In this document: one piece after another, positions 12,776 to 27,670 of the stretch
Layout of the letters: each line of letters opens with the position of its first letter
Numbering within the stretch: position 1 is the stretch's first letter
Origin: Owenia fusiformis
Lineage: Eukaryota
Assembly (NCBI GenBank): GCA_903813345.2
Contig: CAIIXF020000001.1
Span: 37,076,001 to 37,140,000, forward strand
DNA length: 64,000 nt
Direction: 5' to 3'
Made by a program: the position numbers and the translations under genes
The notes under the pieces: model-generated
The model's database searches: none
The model's input: the letters and a program-made list of their open reading frames with translations, nothing else
Told to the model about the DNA's origin: nothing

Positions 12776-15700
12776 GTGAGTAAAGATTGCGTTGTCTGTA
12801 TAACTGTTAAATGTAATTGGGATTTATGTTAGCTAGCATTTTTGTTGTGATGAGCCTCGTATAGTTCAGAATTCTTGTGTAGAACACATTGTCCCTTGTT
12901 GCCTGAAAAATGCACCGAACGACCCGATTGTGGTGAATAGGAATTTGATTTTAAAAGTTGCTCAAAAGTTTGAAATTACAATATATATTGGCAATAACTT
13001 GTTATCCATACGTTACATGGTTATGTACCATACTAGGAACAGTGAGTAGGTGAATTGGTATATTGCGGCTGTGTTCCAATGTCAACAAACTTTTTTTCAT
13101 TCAATAATCTTACATTCGATTCAATTTGTAAAGGCCTAATTTCACAGTCTTTTTCTTGTATTTTTGCAAACAAACAAATCAATTATATCTTGTGAATACT
13201 GTGGTTGAAAATTCTGTTGAGTCCATTTTAATTCTGTTTGTAAGTTCAAAAATCATGATAACTTCAATACGACAAATCTGGCCTCAAATTTCTTGCAAAA
13301 ATTCATTCTGTGCAAATAGATCTAGTCTACATTGAACATTATGCTTGGCAGATCATATTTCTGAAGCATAGTTCGAAACTACAGTTTAGGCAATTAAAAA
13401 AATGAGTTGTCGATTTTCTATCACCATTTACAAACCATGGTGGTTTGAAAGCCCATATTGTATAGATAGTCCCTAAAATTCATATATTTTACATTTGTAT
13501 ACTCTCATCCACTGATGTATGGCCACTTGAAAATCCTCACTTCAGCAAATCCATGACTAATTATTCATGGCCCAAACTGTAAATGATAGATTGACAGTAT
13601 AGATAAAACTTGACAGAATCTTGGAATTGCTAAACTAGGGCTGGGGAAAATGCAAGAAATATACTTTTATGTGTCTAAAATTAAAGAGTCTGTCAATAAA
13701 ATGACTCGAATTAAAATTTTGAAGTTGTTTGGATTCACAGAACAACATTGATTCTTTAGCACTGTCACAATATCAGATTTGTATTTTCGAAGAAACATCC
13801 TTTACATATACCACTTTTGCATTATTTTACAATTTCCTATGTCCCATATTAGATGCGACTTGCTGTAACTACTTCCAATGTTTTAGGTCTCCCGGCTAGT
13901 GTCTACATGTATTTGAAATGTGTTCTTCATTGCTTATATAGCAGACAAGAAACCTGGAAACTCAATTCTTGTTGAAAAGGTCAATGTTTGCCTTAAAATT
14001 CTTCTCCTTAAGAATACACGCTCGGTATATGCACAGCTTCTGATAATGGACTAGGAGGGTTTGATAGCGTGACTGGGGTAGTTTGACTAGGGTATTTGAT
14101 CAGTGTGTAGTCAGAAAAATGATTGGGAGGGTACCTATTTTCAAGATTTGGGTTATAAATTCAAGAATAACACCCAGTCAATTATCAGTCCCTGCATATA
14201 CCAAGGATGAGGGTAGAGACATACTGTTAGGTTTCAGTTTTGCAACCCCCTGCAGCTCCTCTTGAATTTCAATGGCTCAACTTCCGCGAATCCTAATATA
14301 AGCACAGCTTTTCAAAAATCTTCATCCAAGTCCAAAATTCTGTGGTGTCAGACCTTATTGTCTTAGGGAGAGGAAAAATTAATGGGGTCTTAAGACACAA
14401 CAATAAATTACTCAAACTTCTTAGAAACAAAGATCAGGGATAAACAGATTAAGTAGAAAATGTGGATGTTATAACTGAGAAATAGGTCATTTTATCATTT
14501 TACATTATAAACCATATTTTTTTAATGTATGGTAGATTAAGTGAATATGTTGTTTTTTAATGTATGGTAGATTAAGTGAATATGTTGATTTGATAGTCAG
14601 AAAAACTGCATGTAAATCCTAATTACCTGTATTGTTTTCTAATTCTGACTTGGTATCTTGGATCAGGTACTTGTAATATAAAGGTGGAACCAAGTGTTTG
14701 CAATCACAACTGATTTTATAATTGCTTTTGTGATTTGAATTTTAACTGTAGGTAAGCATATGGTATTGTATTACACCTGACCAGGCTAGCATTGCAATTT
14801 CTTAATGAATTTTAATGAACAAATCTAAGCTGATTGATGTTCATGGGTGCTCGGTATCTGTTACAATGTCTGATTATTACTTTGATCAAAAGGAAGCTCG
14901 TGATCACAATTTGAAAATAACACATGCCTCCAAGATTATTTTTTTAGTGATAATATTTCATTTTTAAATGCATCAGCTGCAACAGCTGGTAAAGGAGTCA
15001 ACTTTTTATAGCACCACATTGCTGGTTTGAATTTAATTTTGATGAAAACTAAAAAGATAAGAATATATAGATAGTGGAAGTTGTAATAGCCGATTAGAAA
15101 TTATTATCAAATGTCTCTAACTGATTTTAATAGATCTATCATAACTGCTAGATTGTATTAGCAGTTTTTTGAACATTTCGTATCATGGGGGTTAAGTTAT
15201 AGATAGAAATTACTAGTTAACTTAACCTTATATAATCAATAATGTATTTATTCTGCATATGTAATCAATGAACTTGGACAAGTAACAATATTACTTTTTT
15301 TTTGTTAATGATTCTAATTGTCTTCTGAAATAATATTAAGACAAAGCCAATGTTCAATATATCATTCTTGCCAATCTTGTGATATTCAGTCACATTCTTT
15401 TAGTTTTAGGAAGAGGTCTGTTCTGCAGTACCCTGAATCTGCAATGGCTAACTACGCCACCCTAGTGACCTTCCAGGTTTCAGCTGGCCTCTTCACATTC
15501 TTATATCTAATTCTCAACATAAATCATTTTGAACCAACATGGCTTTGTTTTTATCTTTATTAATGTACCCATTTTAGATTACACTATGGGGTTATCAACA
15601 TACTGTAAACACAGGATTTACCTGTTTTCAAAGTTAAGATAGTCTATTTTACATATAACATATAGACAAAACATTTATTTTTGTAAAGATACCTTTTTGA

Positions 15701-16499
15701 TTCTATGCACCTTATACCAGGTCCATGTTCTTTAGGTTTTTACGTTGAATGTATTTAAAAAGTTATAAAAAGGTATTATAGTTTGAATAAGCACATGTCA
15801 TGATAATTATTAATTAGAATTAAAAATGTTTGTATCTTATCAGAATTTACATATCTAAAAAAAACGTAACACTGATTTATTTGATTTGAATGGTTTATAT
15901 ATATTAGGATTTCTTTTAGATTTTCTTTATGTTATTTTCTGTAAATAGGTGTTGAGTAGAAAACTGTTCTGGTCCCCAAAAATGTGACCAGACTAGAAAA
16001 TTAAAAGACTCCAATATTTGATAGTTTATATCCCAGGCACTCAAAATAATTAAGGCCCATAACCTGACCGTCCTATGTTACATCTAATTCTACATGTCTA
16101 TTTCTTTGAACGCATGGGTTTTCTGGGCTTAAGATGAACTTATGTTTGCGTAGGCCTTTTTTCATCAAGATTGGTTCTCGCATGTTCAGTATGTTCCAAT
16201 TACTGTTAGGATACAGATGATCATGTGGTGTTGTTAGCCTAATAATATAACTTTCTTTCTCATCAGACTGTCCCTATTAGTAAAAAATGCAAATTGTGCC
16301 ACTATTTCGGTCTAGTGCTCAGCTTTAAAAACATGGATAATTAGATGATTAATCTATATAATTTAATTTTAAATTTTGGTGCTGTGTATTCAAATATAAA
16401 CAGTTATATAGAAATAATCTGAAAGTTACTGTGTTCATGGTAAGGTTTGCATGTGAAAACGAACAAATTGAGATGCTTAATATTATTTCGCAGAGCCTT

Positions 16500-16931
16500 C
16501 ATAATATGAAGTATGAAGTCACAAAATATGTGTTCCATTAGATAACATAATATAAAAGATATATATATGAAGTATGAAATCACAAAATATGTGTTCCATT
16601 AGATAACATAATATGAAGTATGAACTCACAAAATATGTGTTCAATTAGATAACATAATATGAAGTATGAACTCACAAAATATGTGTTCCATTAGATAACA
16701 TAATATGAAGTATGAACTCACAAAATATGTGTTCCATTAGATAACATAATATGAAGTATGAACTCACAAAATATGTGTTCCATTAGATAACGTAATATGA
16801 AGTATGAACTCACAAAATATGTGTTCCATTAGATAACATAATATGAAGTATGAACACACAAAATATGTGTTCCATTAGATAACATAATAGTATGAAGTGT
16901 GAACTCACAAAATATGTGTGCCATCAGATAA
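16500..16931. repeat. Minisatellite, 46-bp unit, about 9 copies
   Basis: ATAATATGAAGTATGAACTCACAAAATATGTGTTCCATTAGATAAC repeated head-to-tail (agataac at 16601 and 16647). Confidence 0.95.
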
Positions 16932-19900
16932 TTAAGGACATATTTAATTTGAATTGATATATGAGCTCAATTTTAAACAAGTCAACTTTGTCAGATTCTC
17001 ACATCTAAGGACATTGAGTTAAAGCCATTCAAATTAATATAAAATTCATTTATTTTAAATCCAAATGTTTACATACTGTACACAAGTCTGGTACAATAAA
17101 AAGTAGATATTCTTGTAACTACACAGCTGTCGGGGTATTCATAATTCAGTACATACAAGTTCATTGCTTCATGGCATCGTGTTATGATAATTGATAGAAG
17201 TAATAAATCAATATGTAATGCAAAGATGATGTTTTTTATAACCAACAAGATTCAATATAATTGTGAGCATTATTAAACATGAACATACACTCTAGGCCTA
17301 ATTGTGGTGATTCTACTCAACTGGGAGTCTTAGTCAGTGTGAACTGGGGCCATTAAAAACCAATGGCATCAAATCTACATTGATTGAATAATCCCGGTTA
17401 AGCCATGAGGATAAGCCTAATGCTAAAATCGCTAAAATGTTATGTCGAATTATGATTATACAGAGTTACAAAACATTCATGACGTTTAGTGGAGATGAGA
17501 AAGAATTATCCCAATTTTTCATCTATTTTTAGGGTTGGTTCTGAACAGTCATGTAGTATTGGGGAAATGTTTATCAAAGAACAGAGCGGCACAGTTCTTG
17601 CTAGCCATAACTCACTCGAGTCTGATAACATTTTTCAATGGTAATCTAATATGGCAGGATTAAACCGTTATTTACACCTCTAAGCTAGAGGGGCAATTTG
17701 ATACACAGCAATCAAGTTCACTTTGTAATAATTTAATTAAGTAGACCAGTTCATTGATTGTATTTAATCAATTTTGATATGGGAGTCTCACAGACTTGAC
17801 TCCTGTTCCTTTGCATATACTTTTCATTGACCTAGTTCAATGTCCTAGGTCATCCCAAACTCACAGGTGATTTTCTTTATATTATACTATTACTTGAAAC
17901 ATATATAGCACTCATGGTCGCTTGCACAAATCTTTGAATGTTTTATAATGTATAAAGATTAAAATTGCATTCATTTTTTATATTTTTATCTATTAATAAA
18001 TGTTTACTTTGTGATCATAAAAAGTTCTGAACTGTGGCATTGTAGACTATATTGATTGACTGAATACATATTTTTTCAATCTCCGGCACTAGAGAATAAA
18101 ATTACCGGGAATGTTAGCAATTGTTAAAGTGGCGAATCCGGATCTTCTCAGCTCCCTGGTCATTCGGTACATTAGATTGTGGAGTATCTATGAAACAAAA
18201 CATAAATACATAAAAATCTGTGGAGTTTAATGATTCATATACATTTTGGCTCATATTTATAGATCTATTCCAAAACCATTGATGTGGTTTTTAGAGTAGG
18301 TATTTTAATTTGTTACTATATTGGGACCTTTACATTAATTTCCCTAAACAGTGGTGCAACTGCGAATTGTCGGAATTGACATTTGAACAGTAAGCCTCTT
18401 GAAAATGAACAAATGAAAAACTTATTTCCCTAAACAACTATTCCAGTACATGTAAAGGTAGAGTCCCCCACTAAAATATGTCATTTGGTTGATAGAATCA
18501 CTGTTGTTTCACTTTTCTTAAAAGTCTGATTGTTTGTTTAAAGATTCTTATTTTTTGTTGAAAGGGTGTTAACACACCTCTTCCTTATTTTTTGATTTTC
18601 AATTTTTACTGTATTTTATTAAAGAAAACTATGACTAGAGTTCTCGGTATGTTTGTAGGGGTAAGAGGGTACTCGAGGCTTACTAGAAATATTTGCTGTT
18701 GTCGAGGACTTGAGACTGTCAGTAATGCATGTGGAACTACATAGATCTGTCACTCCTCTTGTCATATTCCTAGGCACTGCCCATACAAAAATTTCAAACT
18801 AGTCTTATTCATCTCATCATTTATAGTAATTGTAATGAAATTATGAATGAATAAATAATTGATGTTCTTAGAATTATGCAGAAATTCAAGAAATATAGAA
18901 AATGTATTCTGGAGTAGAAATAACTGAAATGTGGAGAAAACTATGATATTTTGGCAGGCAAAGGGTGTCCTCCATACCCAGTTGCATGTCAGTTCTTACA
19001 CGCAATGTTTCACTTTCTTTCACTTTCAAGTACATACTTTTAGTATACATGATTGACCTGTGGTCCTCTCTTGAAGATTTCATGGTGGGTGCTTGTCGCC
19101 AAAACGATGTTTCATTTATTATATGTTCAAAATTTGAAAGGAATTTCTGTCCTTATTATAAAATATTTTATGACTTGAGTAAATAATTCACTTTTGTATT
19201 TTTAAACTACTATGATGAAGTATGACATTTTGTTGTCAGGCTAGCCTCTCGTCCCTGGAAATGTCCTAAATATGGGCTGTTTCCCCTCCATTTTCTATTA
19301 TTTTTGTGTGTCTGTGCAAGAAGCTGAAGTATGGATATATGTCAATAGAGTTGATAAAGATTTCTGACTAGCCCCTTTTCTCGGGAGCATTTCATGATAA
19401 TAGAAAGCTCCTTATATACTTGGATAGACTCTGGTTGCTCGCCACAAGTTTATCAACTCTAATTATGAGATTTTGGCTGTTATCTGAGTTTGTTTACCTC
19501 AGGGGTGATAATAATGTATAAAAAAATGAGGCTAGATAAGTATAGGTTAGGATATCTGGTCTCAGTCTAGTTATTTTGCCCTTCAGGGTAACTCCTAATA
19601 CCTCTCAACAGAATATGACTACACATATATCATGTTGATTATTTCCCCACCTTTATCCAATAACTTTCCTCAATGTCCAACCCCTAAATAACTTGCTATG
19701 AAGCATCTCATTATTCTCATTGACAGGTTGAATACTGGCTTCTATTATTCAATTATGGGTGCCCCATTCAGCTTCAGTGTAGCTGTCATTTATGGTTTCA
19801 AGCATGAGATGTTTATGTATTGTGACCGCTCCATGTGTGGTAGCGGGTTGTCTCCATGCGCATAAGGGGACTTATAATGTAGCTGTTTCTATTTTGTACT

Positions 19901-22410
19901 CTTTAGGCTCTCTATGCCTCAGCATGGTTGAGACACTGGCTACTTCCGACACTGGCGACTTTCACATTTGGCTCCATACGTTCTATCATTGGCATGCATT
20001 CTCAACACTGTGTTTATATTTTTCCATTTAATTAACCCAAACTGCTGTGCTACAAATTAGGACATGTAGTGATCAAATTTTACAGTTATAATTTTTAGCT
20101 TTTCAAGGTGAGTGCATCTTGTTGTCATTATTAACAATTAACAGGAAATAAGAAAATATCTGAAATGATAAAAATCACTTTTACATCTTTTTTGATTATT
20201 TGAATAATTAATGTAAATAAAAGATATATGGTACAAAACAAATTAGTAGTATATGTTCGTATTGGTGTGTATATGACGTTTATTTATAAGCAAGTAGTTG
20301 TCGTATAAATGGTTCGTCCTCATGGTTGCTTGCGGTGAAGAGGGATTGGTCTATAATCCATGGGTACACCACACCATGTGCAGAGTTACTGCTAAGTGCT
20401 TGCACTAACATTCCCACCTCTAACCAACACCAGCTTACAAATTATATTGACTAAGTTTTGAAATTATCATACATTGGGAAAAGTATAACACTTTAGTATA
20501 TGATTTAATTCCATTTTGGGTTGGAAAATCCTGGCTAATATTGGAGATGTCAGCATGAGACTAAGTAGGAATTTATTGGTTAGACAGATCTTGCAGTTTT
20601 CCATCTGTTAATGTAAGTTATGAATATAGGCATAAACAGTTGATTGTGTTTTGAGCATTTGGAATGTTCAGATGTATGTACCTAACAGTCAGTCCAAACA
20701 CAACAGTAGCCTGGAAGTTTGTTTAAATTCTACAGTGGATTTTCCTGGATTAGGCACTATTACAGAACTGTACAAGTATGTTTCATGGTAGAAAAAACAG
20801 GAGCACATTGGTAAGTGGATTAGTTTGGTTTTAGCGGAGTGCTGGTATCACAGAAATAGTGGAAAATAAAAAAGGTGAATACATGTATTTGACAAGTGAA
20901 GAATACTTAGGAGTTTGTATCGCTCATAACAGGACAGGAATTCTATTTTAACACGTCTGCGCCAAGTTTCGGGCTATACCTAAAACATATTTGTAATAAA
21001 CGGGACAACGAGGTGAATAGACTAAGACGAAAAGTTATACTTTGTCTTGATGTATATACATAGATCTCAGGTAGGTGTAAGTTATTTCATAACATATATT
21101 TAGATAACTAAAGAAGAATATTTATGATCTGTAGAAAACTTTTCAGGAGAGTAAAAGAGTACTATGGATGTGGAAAATCTTATAATAATATTTGAAATTC
21201 GAAATGCTTTTGGTTTTCTATTTCAAAATTAATGAAGCTGAAAAGCAAATCTTTGGAATGTTCCAGTTGTAAATGTTTCTTGTTACAATATTTTTGTTGG
21301 GGTTCGTAATAGCTCTATTGTATGACTTAATCTGGTCTGCTCGGTTATGGCAGTATTTGAAATGTTCATTGTATTGGAATGATGGATTAATAAGTTCTTG
21401 TATGCAGAGTTTTGAGGATACCCCACACATACTCACACAGGAAACATGTTTCCTCAAAGGAAATTCTCTAGTATTCCTTACAAGAAATAGGGAAAGTTCT
21501 AAAACCAGAAACTATGAAAATCTGTTTTTAATCTTTTCAAGAAGTATATTATCTTGGATTATTAAGAAATGTGCAGGATTTCCATATATAAAAGCCAGAT
21601 TAAGTCAGTTGTGTTTTATGTAAATGACTATAATAGAATCAGTAATCTGTTTCATATATATAATTTTCTGTTTAATTCAATAGTTTGATTTTGCCTGTTT
21701 AAAATAGAACTTTATCTTCAATTATGACACTGGCATCTTGGCCGAAGGGTTGTTTGGAATAAGTATATATATAAGTATATGACCTTTGGGTTTACCAATC
21801 AGTCCTAAGGAAAACAAATGATATGTGAGAAACTTGGATGGAGCAATAACAAGCACCTGTGAAAACAAGAATCTGTGTAAAATAAGCAGAGAGAAGTAAA
21901 TTCTAAACCAGATGCACATACATAGAATAAGCATGGATATTCAGGTCTGTTTAGAGAACCTTTCATTTTTAAAGGCCTGTCTTCAACCCTGCCCATTTCA
22001 GATGATTGTAGAGAACTTCCCTCTTAAAGGCTTGTCTTCAGTTCCACCTTTTTGAAATTGTTTAAGATAATACAGTGTATGTAAATGTCCATCTAATATT
22101 GTTAATTCAAAAGAAATGTATATTGAATTATTAATGGTTTGTTTGAATCATTTAACAGTCTCATTTGACCAGTTCAGTGATTTTGATATGACCAGGAGCA
22201 AACAAAAGTTTAATCATTCCTTCTTAATTCAATAACTACATGTTACCTTGTTGAACATTTTGGTTTGTCTCAGAGGTACAGTCACTTTATAATCACAAAG
22301 GTATTTTTTGATTGACATTAAGTGTATAAGATCACTATACCAATAACCTCATTTTAAGCATGTAGAAGATTTCACTATGTTGCCTGTTAAAATGAAGTTA
22401 TTAGTATTAT

Positions 22411-22760
22411 CAGGCCTCCTAGACTTCCAACAATGCAACCATCAGTTCTGACCTCGCAAACTACATTTCTTGAGCTCGAATCACGATTCTTACATTGCCG
22501 AAATCCAAATAAAAACACTTTGTTGGATTTTAGTTGTGCGTAATAATACAAATAAAATTACATACTTTTTTCGACCACGTGTGTGGTTCGCAAGCACGGA
22601 TCTCAGTTTGTGAGTGGAGAAATATGTTCTGGAAAGAGGAAATGGTGGTGCGTGACATAAGATTTCACGTTCGCGAAGTGAGAATCGTGGTTCGAGCGCA
22701 AAGAACGTAGTACGTGAGGTCAGAACTGATGTTCGCATTGATGGAAGTCTTGGAGGCCTG
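22411..22760. mobile_element. MITE, hAT-like termini
   Basis: CAGGCCTCCTAGACTTCCA ... TGGAAGTCTTGGAGGCCTG with extended inverted similarity (CATCAGTTCTGACCTC / GAGGTCAGAACTGATG); CpG-rich relative to the intron; no clear TSD. Confidence 0.8.
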
Positions 22761-25700
22761 CTATTGAAATCTAAATACAAACTTGTTATTTGCCCTGGAC
22801 CAGGACAGATAATGACCACTATGGCCGGTTACTGTCGCCTATTCAAGTCAATTATAGTAAAACACAAGTCTTCTAATCTAGTACTTAAACTTATTTTTCT
22901 AGTGCAACATTTTAGTATTTTGTAACTTTTTGGGCAACTTTTTATGATTTTGTAATTCTTTGTGCAACATTTTACATTTTTTTCAATGATTTCAATGTGG
23001 TGAGAGCACTGAATACCCTGAGAACAGACCTCGGAAGGTGGTGGTAATAATTATTAGTGATGTACTTTAGATGATGCACATCATACTAATTAATTATTGG
23101 GGAGATGTACTAAATGCACTTAATTGCAGAGCAGTGTGAAGTTTATTAATCAATGCATTGGTTCTAATTGTTATGCTCTATAGGATTTCATTTCATTATT
23201 AATAATCAATTTATATTACATGGCAATTTTTTATCAAGTGTGTTAAAGTTTCAGTTCAATAGTAATATGATGATTACGTTGGTAAACCTAGTAGGGTCCA
23301 TTGAATAGAAATAGGTCATAATTACTCCAAAAAATCTCAGTAAATGTTTTATTTGAGGCCCAAATATAGGTGGATTTGAACATCTGGTGGCCCTACATTT
23401 TAAATCCCGAATCTACCACAACAGTATAACTTTTTATCTAGTCGTTAAAACATGTTATGATTGCTTAATAATAATATTTAGTCACATCTCTATAAACTGG
23501 ATTAAAAATAGTTTCTTAAGTACCAAACTGTTTTTAAGTGGTTGGTTTGTAGTAACAGTATCTTACACAATTCTTTTCATCAATTATCCAATTAATTTAT
23601 CATTCTCTATTTAATTTGATTGTTTAATTTCTTATTTCACCTGTATTAAGCAAAGTAGAATCTGTCATCCAGAGAAAATGGAAGCATGACGTGCACTAAT
23701 ATGTTCGCATCAATCCTCAGTATGACATTAACACATTGAATAAGGAAATTATTTATACACTTAAAAAATTGGAGCAATTTTAGATTTTTCATAAATGTTC
23801 ATCTCATGCTAGAAACTACTGTTTTATTTCAACATCCCTATTGAAGTTAGTTAAGAAAGCAGCACAATGTCTTAAAACGGCATGATAGACTCGATCCAAA
23901 ACATTACATCATACCAATCTTGATAATGAATTCATGGAATATTATAACATCATCTGTGATGTCAGTCACATATTGGCCCTCAAAAAAATAATGTAAACAT
24001 CACAAGCACTGTTGATTCTAAATTCCTTTGAGTTTTCTCATGATTTCATTAACATTTTGCCAAACCAACAACAAACAAGCATGTAGCTTTGTGTTCATTG
24101 TCTTTTTCTGTGGTTATTTAATGAAATTAACATACAGTGGATCAGTTATCATAATACAATAAGAATCAATATATGTTTAAGACATCTTGGCAATGGGGAG
24201 TTTGCTGCATTTGCTATGCAGAATCTTTTTGCAAGCCAGTCTGACAAAATGTTTGATTTTGGCCTTTATTTTCGCTTTCGTTCATTACGTCACGACAGTT
24301 CTATCTTTGTTACCGTTCATTGTTCATATCTCTAAATATTATCAGAGTATTTTGAATTCATCGACAGGAAGGAAATATGATTTTCTTTAGCCTGTCGGTA
24401 ATTTATTTAATACAGCTTGATTTGCATGTTATCTATTTATATTTATGAAATATTATATGAGTCATCTTCTTTAATCTCCATAATATGGAACCCAGGTTTA
24501 AACTGTTCTAGGATCTAATCTAACACATTGAGTAACCCCTTAAAAATAATTTTCAAAATAGTTTCTGAATGACTCTTGATATTTTGAAGGGTAAATTGTA
24601 TCTAAGGACTTTGGAATAGCTTGACACCATCTGCAAATGTCATATAAATTATAAGTAAGAAGACATTTCTGCAGTGAAACTATTTTGCTAATGATGATTA
24701 TAATGATGATTCACTCTAAGTTCCAACCAAAATTCATTAACACTTTATTGTAAAATCTCTTCTACTTGGTACCATATGTGATCATTAATTTAGGTTTAGA
24801 GGCAGAGGGTTAAAATAACCCCCCTGTGGTATGGTGTGATATAAAGATATCTGGTTGGTGGGTTTGGTGGTATAGGTTTCATTTATAGGAGGACGGATAG
24901 TGTGTTTCCTTATATTAAAATACTAACATTTTCATACTTTTCTAGATGCCATATCATGAAAAATAAAGACCACTAGAAAGGATGAATCCAATTTCCTTAA
25001 TCCTTCTTTTAAGATTATATAGAAATACATGACAACTGCTCATTGAGTTTTGGTATTTTTAGAAATGAAGAGATATTCCATGCGTTAGATGAAATCTTTT
25101 AGATAGGGCCTCTAAATTGTCTTGCAGCTGTTTCCTCTGTTTATTCTGGATTACACCAACTTCATCTATCTTACTTTTTCATATTTGAGTACCTAAATGA
25201 CACATTTTAGTGAAATATTGTGGGTTATTTAGGTTTGGGTATATCACCTTGTCTCCTAAACATATGCTAAGTATCATCTGAAGCATGTACAACATTTAGA
25301 ACCTTGGTTGGTATGTTTTAAAACTAAAATGTTTTGGTATACAGGCATCTAATCATGCTAGGACAATGGTATGTCTGTAGGCAGAAATAGAGCAGATGTT
25401 ATCATCAATGACTTTATTGGGTCAACATAACTTTACTTTTTAGTCCGCTTTGGGTCTTTGACAATGATAATTTGAGATGTCATTTTGGGATAGTAAAGTT
25501 CTGGAAGTGTTTCGTGGCTAAATGTTTCAATTGTTAGTTATGCGACTTTGAGCTAGAATTTGCAAATTTGATGTTTAACAAGAAACATACATATAACTCA
25601 TTTCTATCAACAATTGACAAGATTACTGTATGATTCAAAATAGGTTGAATTCCACAGCTACAATTGTACATTGTACTTTTAATAAATCAGTTACAATGTT

Positions 25701-27538
25701 TTTGGAAGAGCCATTGTAATACACAGCACTCAATAGAAATTACACATAAGTCATGATTTAAGACAAAGGTGAGGGCTTTTATACAGCAATAACATAGGTA
25801 AGTAGAACTACAAATCATCAAACAGAAATTGGTTAATAAATCTGAGTACTTGAGATGATTGACATAAGGTGTGAGAACTCAAGATGGTAGCACTTCAATG
25901 GAGGCAGGTAACCAGTCACATTTTATCTGAAATCAGGTAGTCTCCAGTTGTATAGTCTCTATATACTCAATGAAATAGCTTTTTTCAGTAATTTGCAAGT
26001 ACTTGAAGAACCTATGATAAGTAAATGAAGCTGTTAACCTAGATTCACATGCATGCCAAAAGGTCAAAATAATTTCTAGATATAATCATAATGATCAGTT
26101 GTGGTTTGGATGTTATTTATTAGGCACATAGACTGGTCAAATATTTTATGGCATAAATTCACGTGGCATTTAGCCATAGACTTATAAGTATACTGTATCC
26201 TGTACATGACACGGTTATACATGTACTGTACATGGAATTCAATGGATTTATCAACCCATCGGCATAAACCAGAAGAGGTAGATGCTACAACTACTTTAGA
26301 GAGATTGTCATTAATTGTAAGAAAAAGCAATATAATATTTTATGATTGGTTCTAAAATTGATCTGTGTATTTTTTTGGATTTATAAAATGTTGTATCTTT
26401 CAGTGTCACTGCTTTTCTTGACCAGAGGCTGTTTACTTTGGAAAATATGTTTTTAATTTTTATTGGAAATCCATAGTTACCTCTTTGGCTGTATTATATA
26501 GAAACCAAAGAGTGACTCATTTTTGTATAGGTATAGGGCTATAGGTTTGTTACAGGGGGAAGAAGCCATTTAGCTCTCTATCGATCCATCCATGGGACTG
26601 GATTGAAAGTAACCTCTGCAAAGTACAACATTAATATTATATACAGAATTATCAGCAATTGTAATTTGCTTTAAAATGTTCATACTCTAAATTATTACAA
26701 ATGTTATTTAAACAGGCTTTCATTCATATTGTTAAAGTAAAAATTGAATATCCAATATTATCAAAAGAATTCTGAATGATGTTTACTTTCTTGAATAGTA
26801 AGATGTGTTTTTCCATAAATGTTTTTTAAGAACACAGTGTAGTGTCAAAACTGTTTTTCTAACCATTGATCATATGAAATCTGAATCTCAGCATGGAGTC
26901 TGTTCAATTAAAAAAATATTAGTTTGACAAAAATGTTTTCATTCCTTTGTAAAACTCCATAGTCCATAATATAATAGTACGTATTTGAGGCCATAATAGA
27001 TGAAATTCTGTTATGTATGATTTAGATTTTGTGAAATGACACAAGAGAACTTTTCTATTTTAACCGCTTCTCTCTAAATAGATAAAATATTGTTGAAAAT
27101 CTATTAAATTTCTACATGTTAATCCTGTGTAGACATATTTACAGAGTTCAAAATAGACGAGAGAAGAGTCTGAAATTTAATGTTATTACCTTAGCCTGAA
27201 CAGCTGAGCGTGAAATAATGACTGACATATCATGCTTGATAATCAAAATTACACATGTACATAAATTTCAGGATTTAAACCCTTATAAGGAATTTTAATA
27301 TATGTTTTACTGATATTCTTGAAGTAATCACAGACTCTAATAACTCAGAAACATAGATCATTTAACTTGCATCCAGAATTCTTAAGAAGCCCGGGACAGA
27401 CACAGAATATCTGCACATTGATGGCATCAAAATTGGTCTTACCTTGTGAATTATTTTTGCAGGGGATTTAATTACATTTAACCTGATTTCTGTTTCTATG
27501 ATGATACTTTTTGATTTCAGGCTAATGTAGAGTGAGTG

Positions 27539-27670
27539 ATGGCCATGAGCTCTAATAGTGCTGGGGAGATGGGTTTACCCCCCGCCCCTGCCACCCCTTC
27601 AACAAATGCCTTTCAGGCCCTTGCTATGAAAGCCGGTTCAAAACCCCAGGATGAACCACCATCTTTCAAG
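27539..27670 (+). CDS. TALE homeobox protein, first coding exon (MAMSSNSAGEMGLPPAPATPSTNAFQALAMKAGSKPQDEPPSFK)
   Basis: Acceptor ttgatttcag ending 27520, in-frame TGA at 27533-27535 just before ATG 27539, GC-rich open frame, donor AAG|GTACGT phase 0 matching the exon at 33295. Confidence 0.75.

Noticed and set aside
16500..16931. Regular repeat array as a possible CRISPR-like locus (also 45111-45610 and 54780-55145)
   Set aside because: Units are contiguous with no unique spacers, no cas genes, and the context is eukaryotic intron/intergenic DNA; ordinary minisatellites.
19727..20113. GC-richer intronic patch with acceptor-like sites and a strong donor AAG|GTGAGT at 20108
   Set aside because: Could be an extra 5' UTR exon or a decayed TE, but there is no frame or homology evidence to decide.
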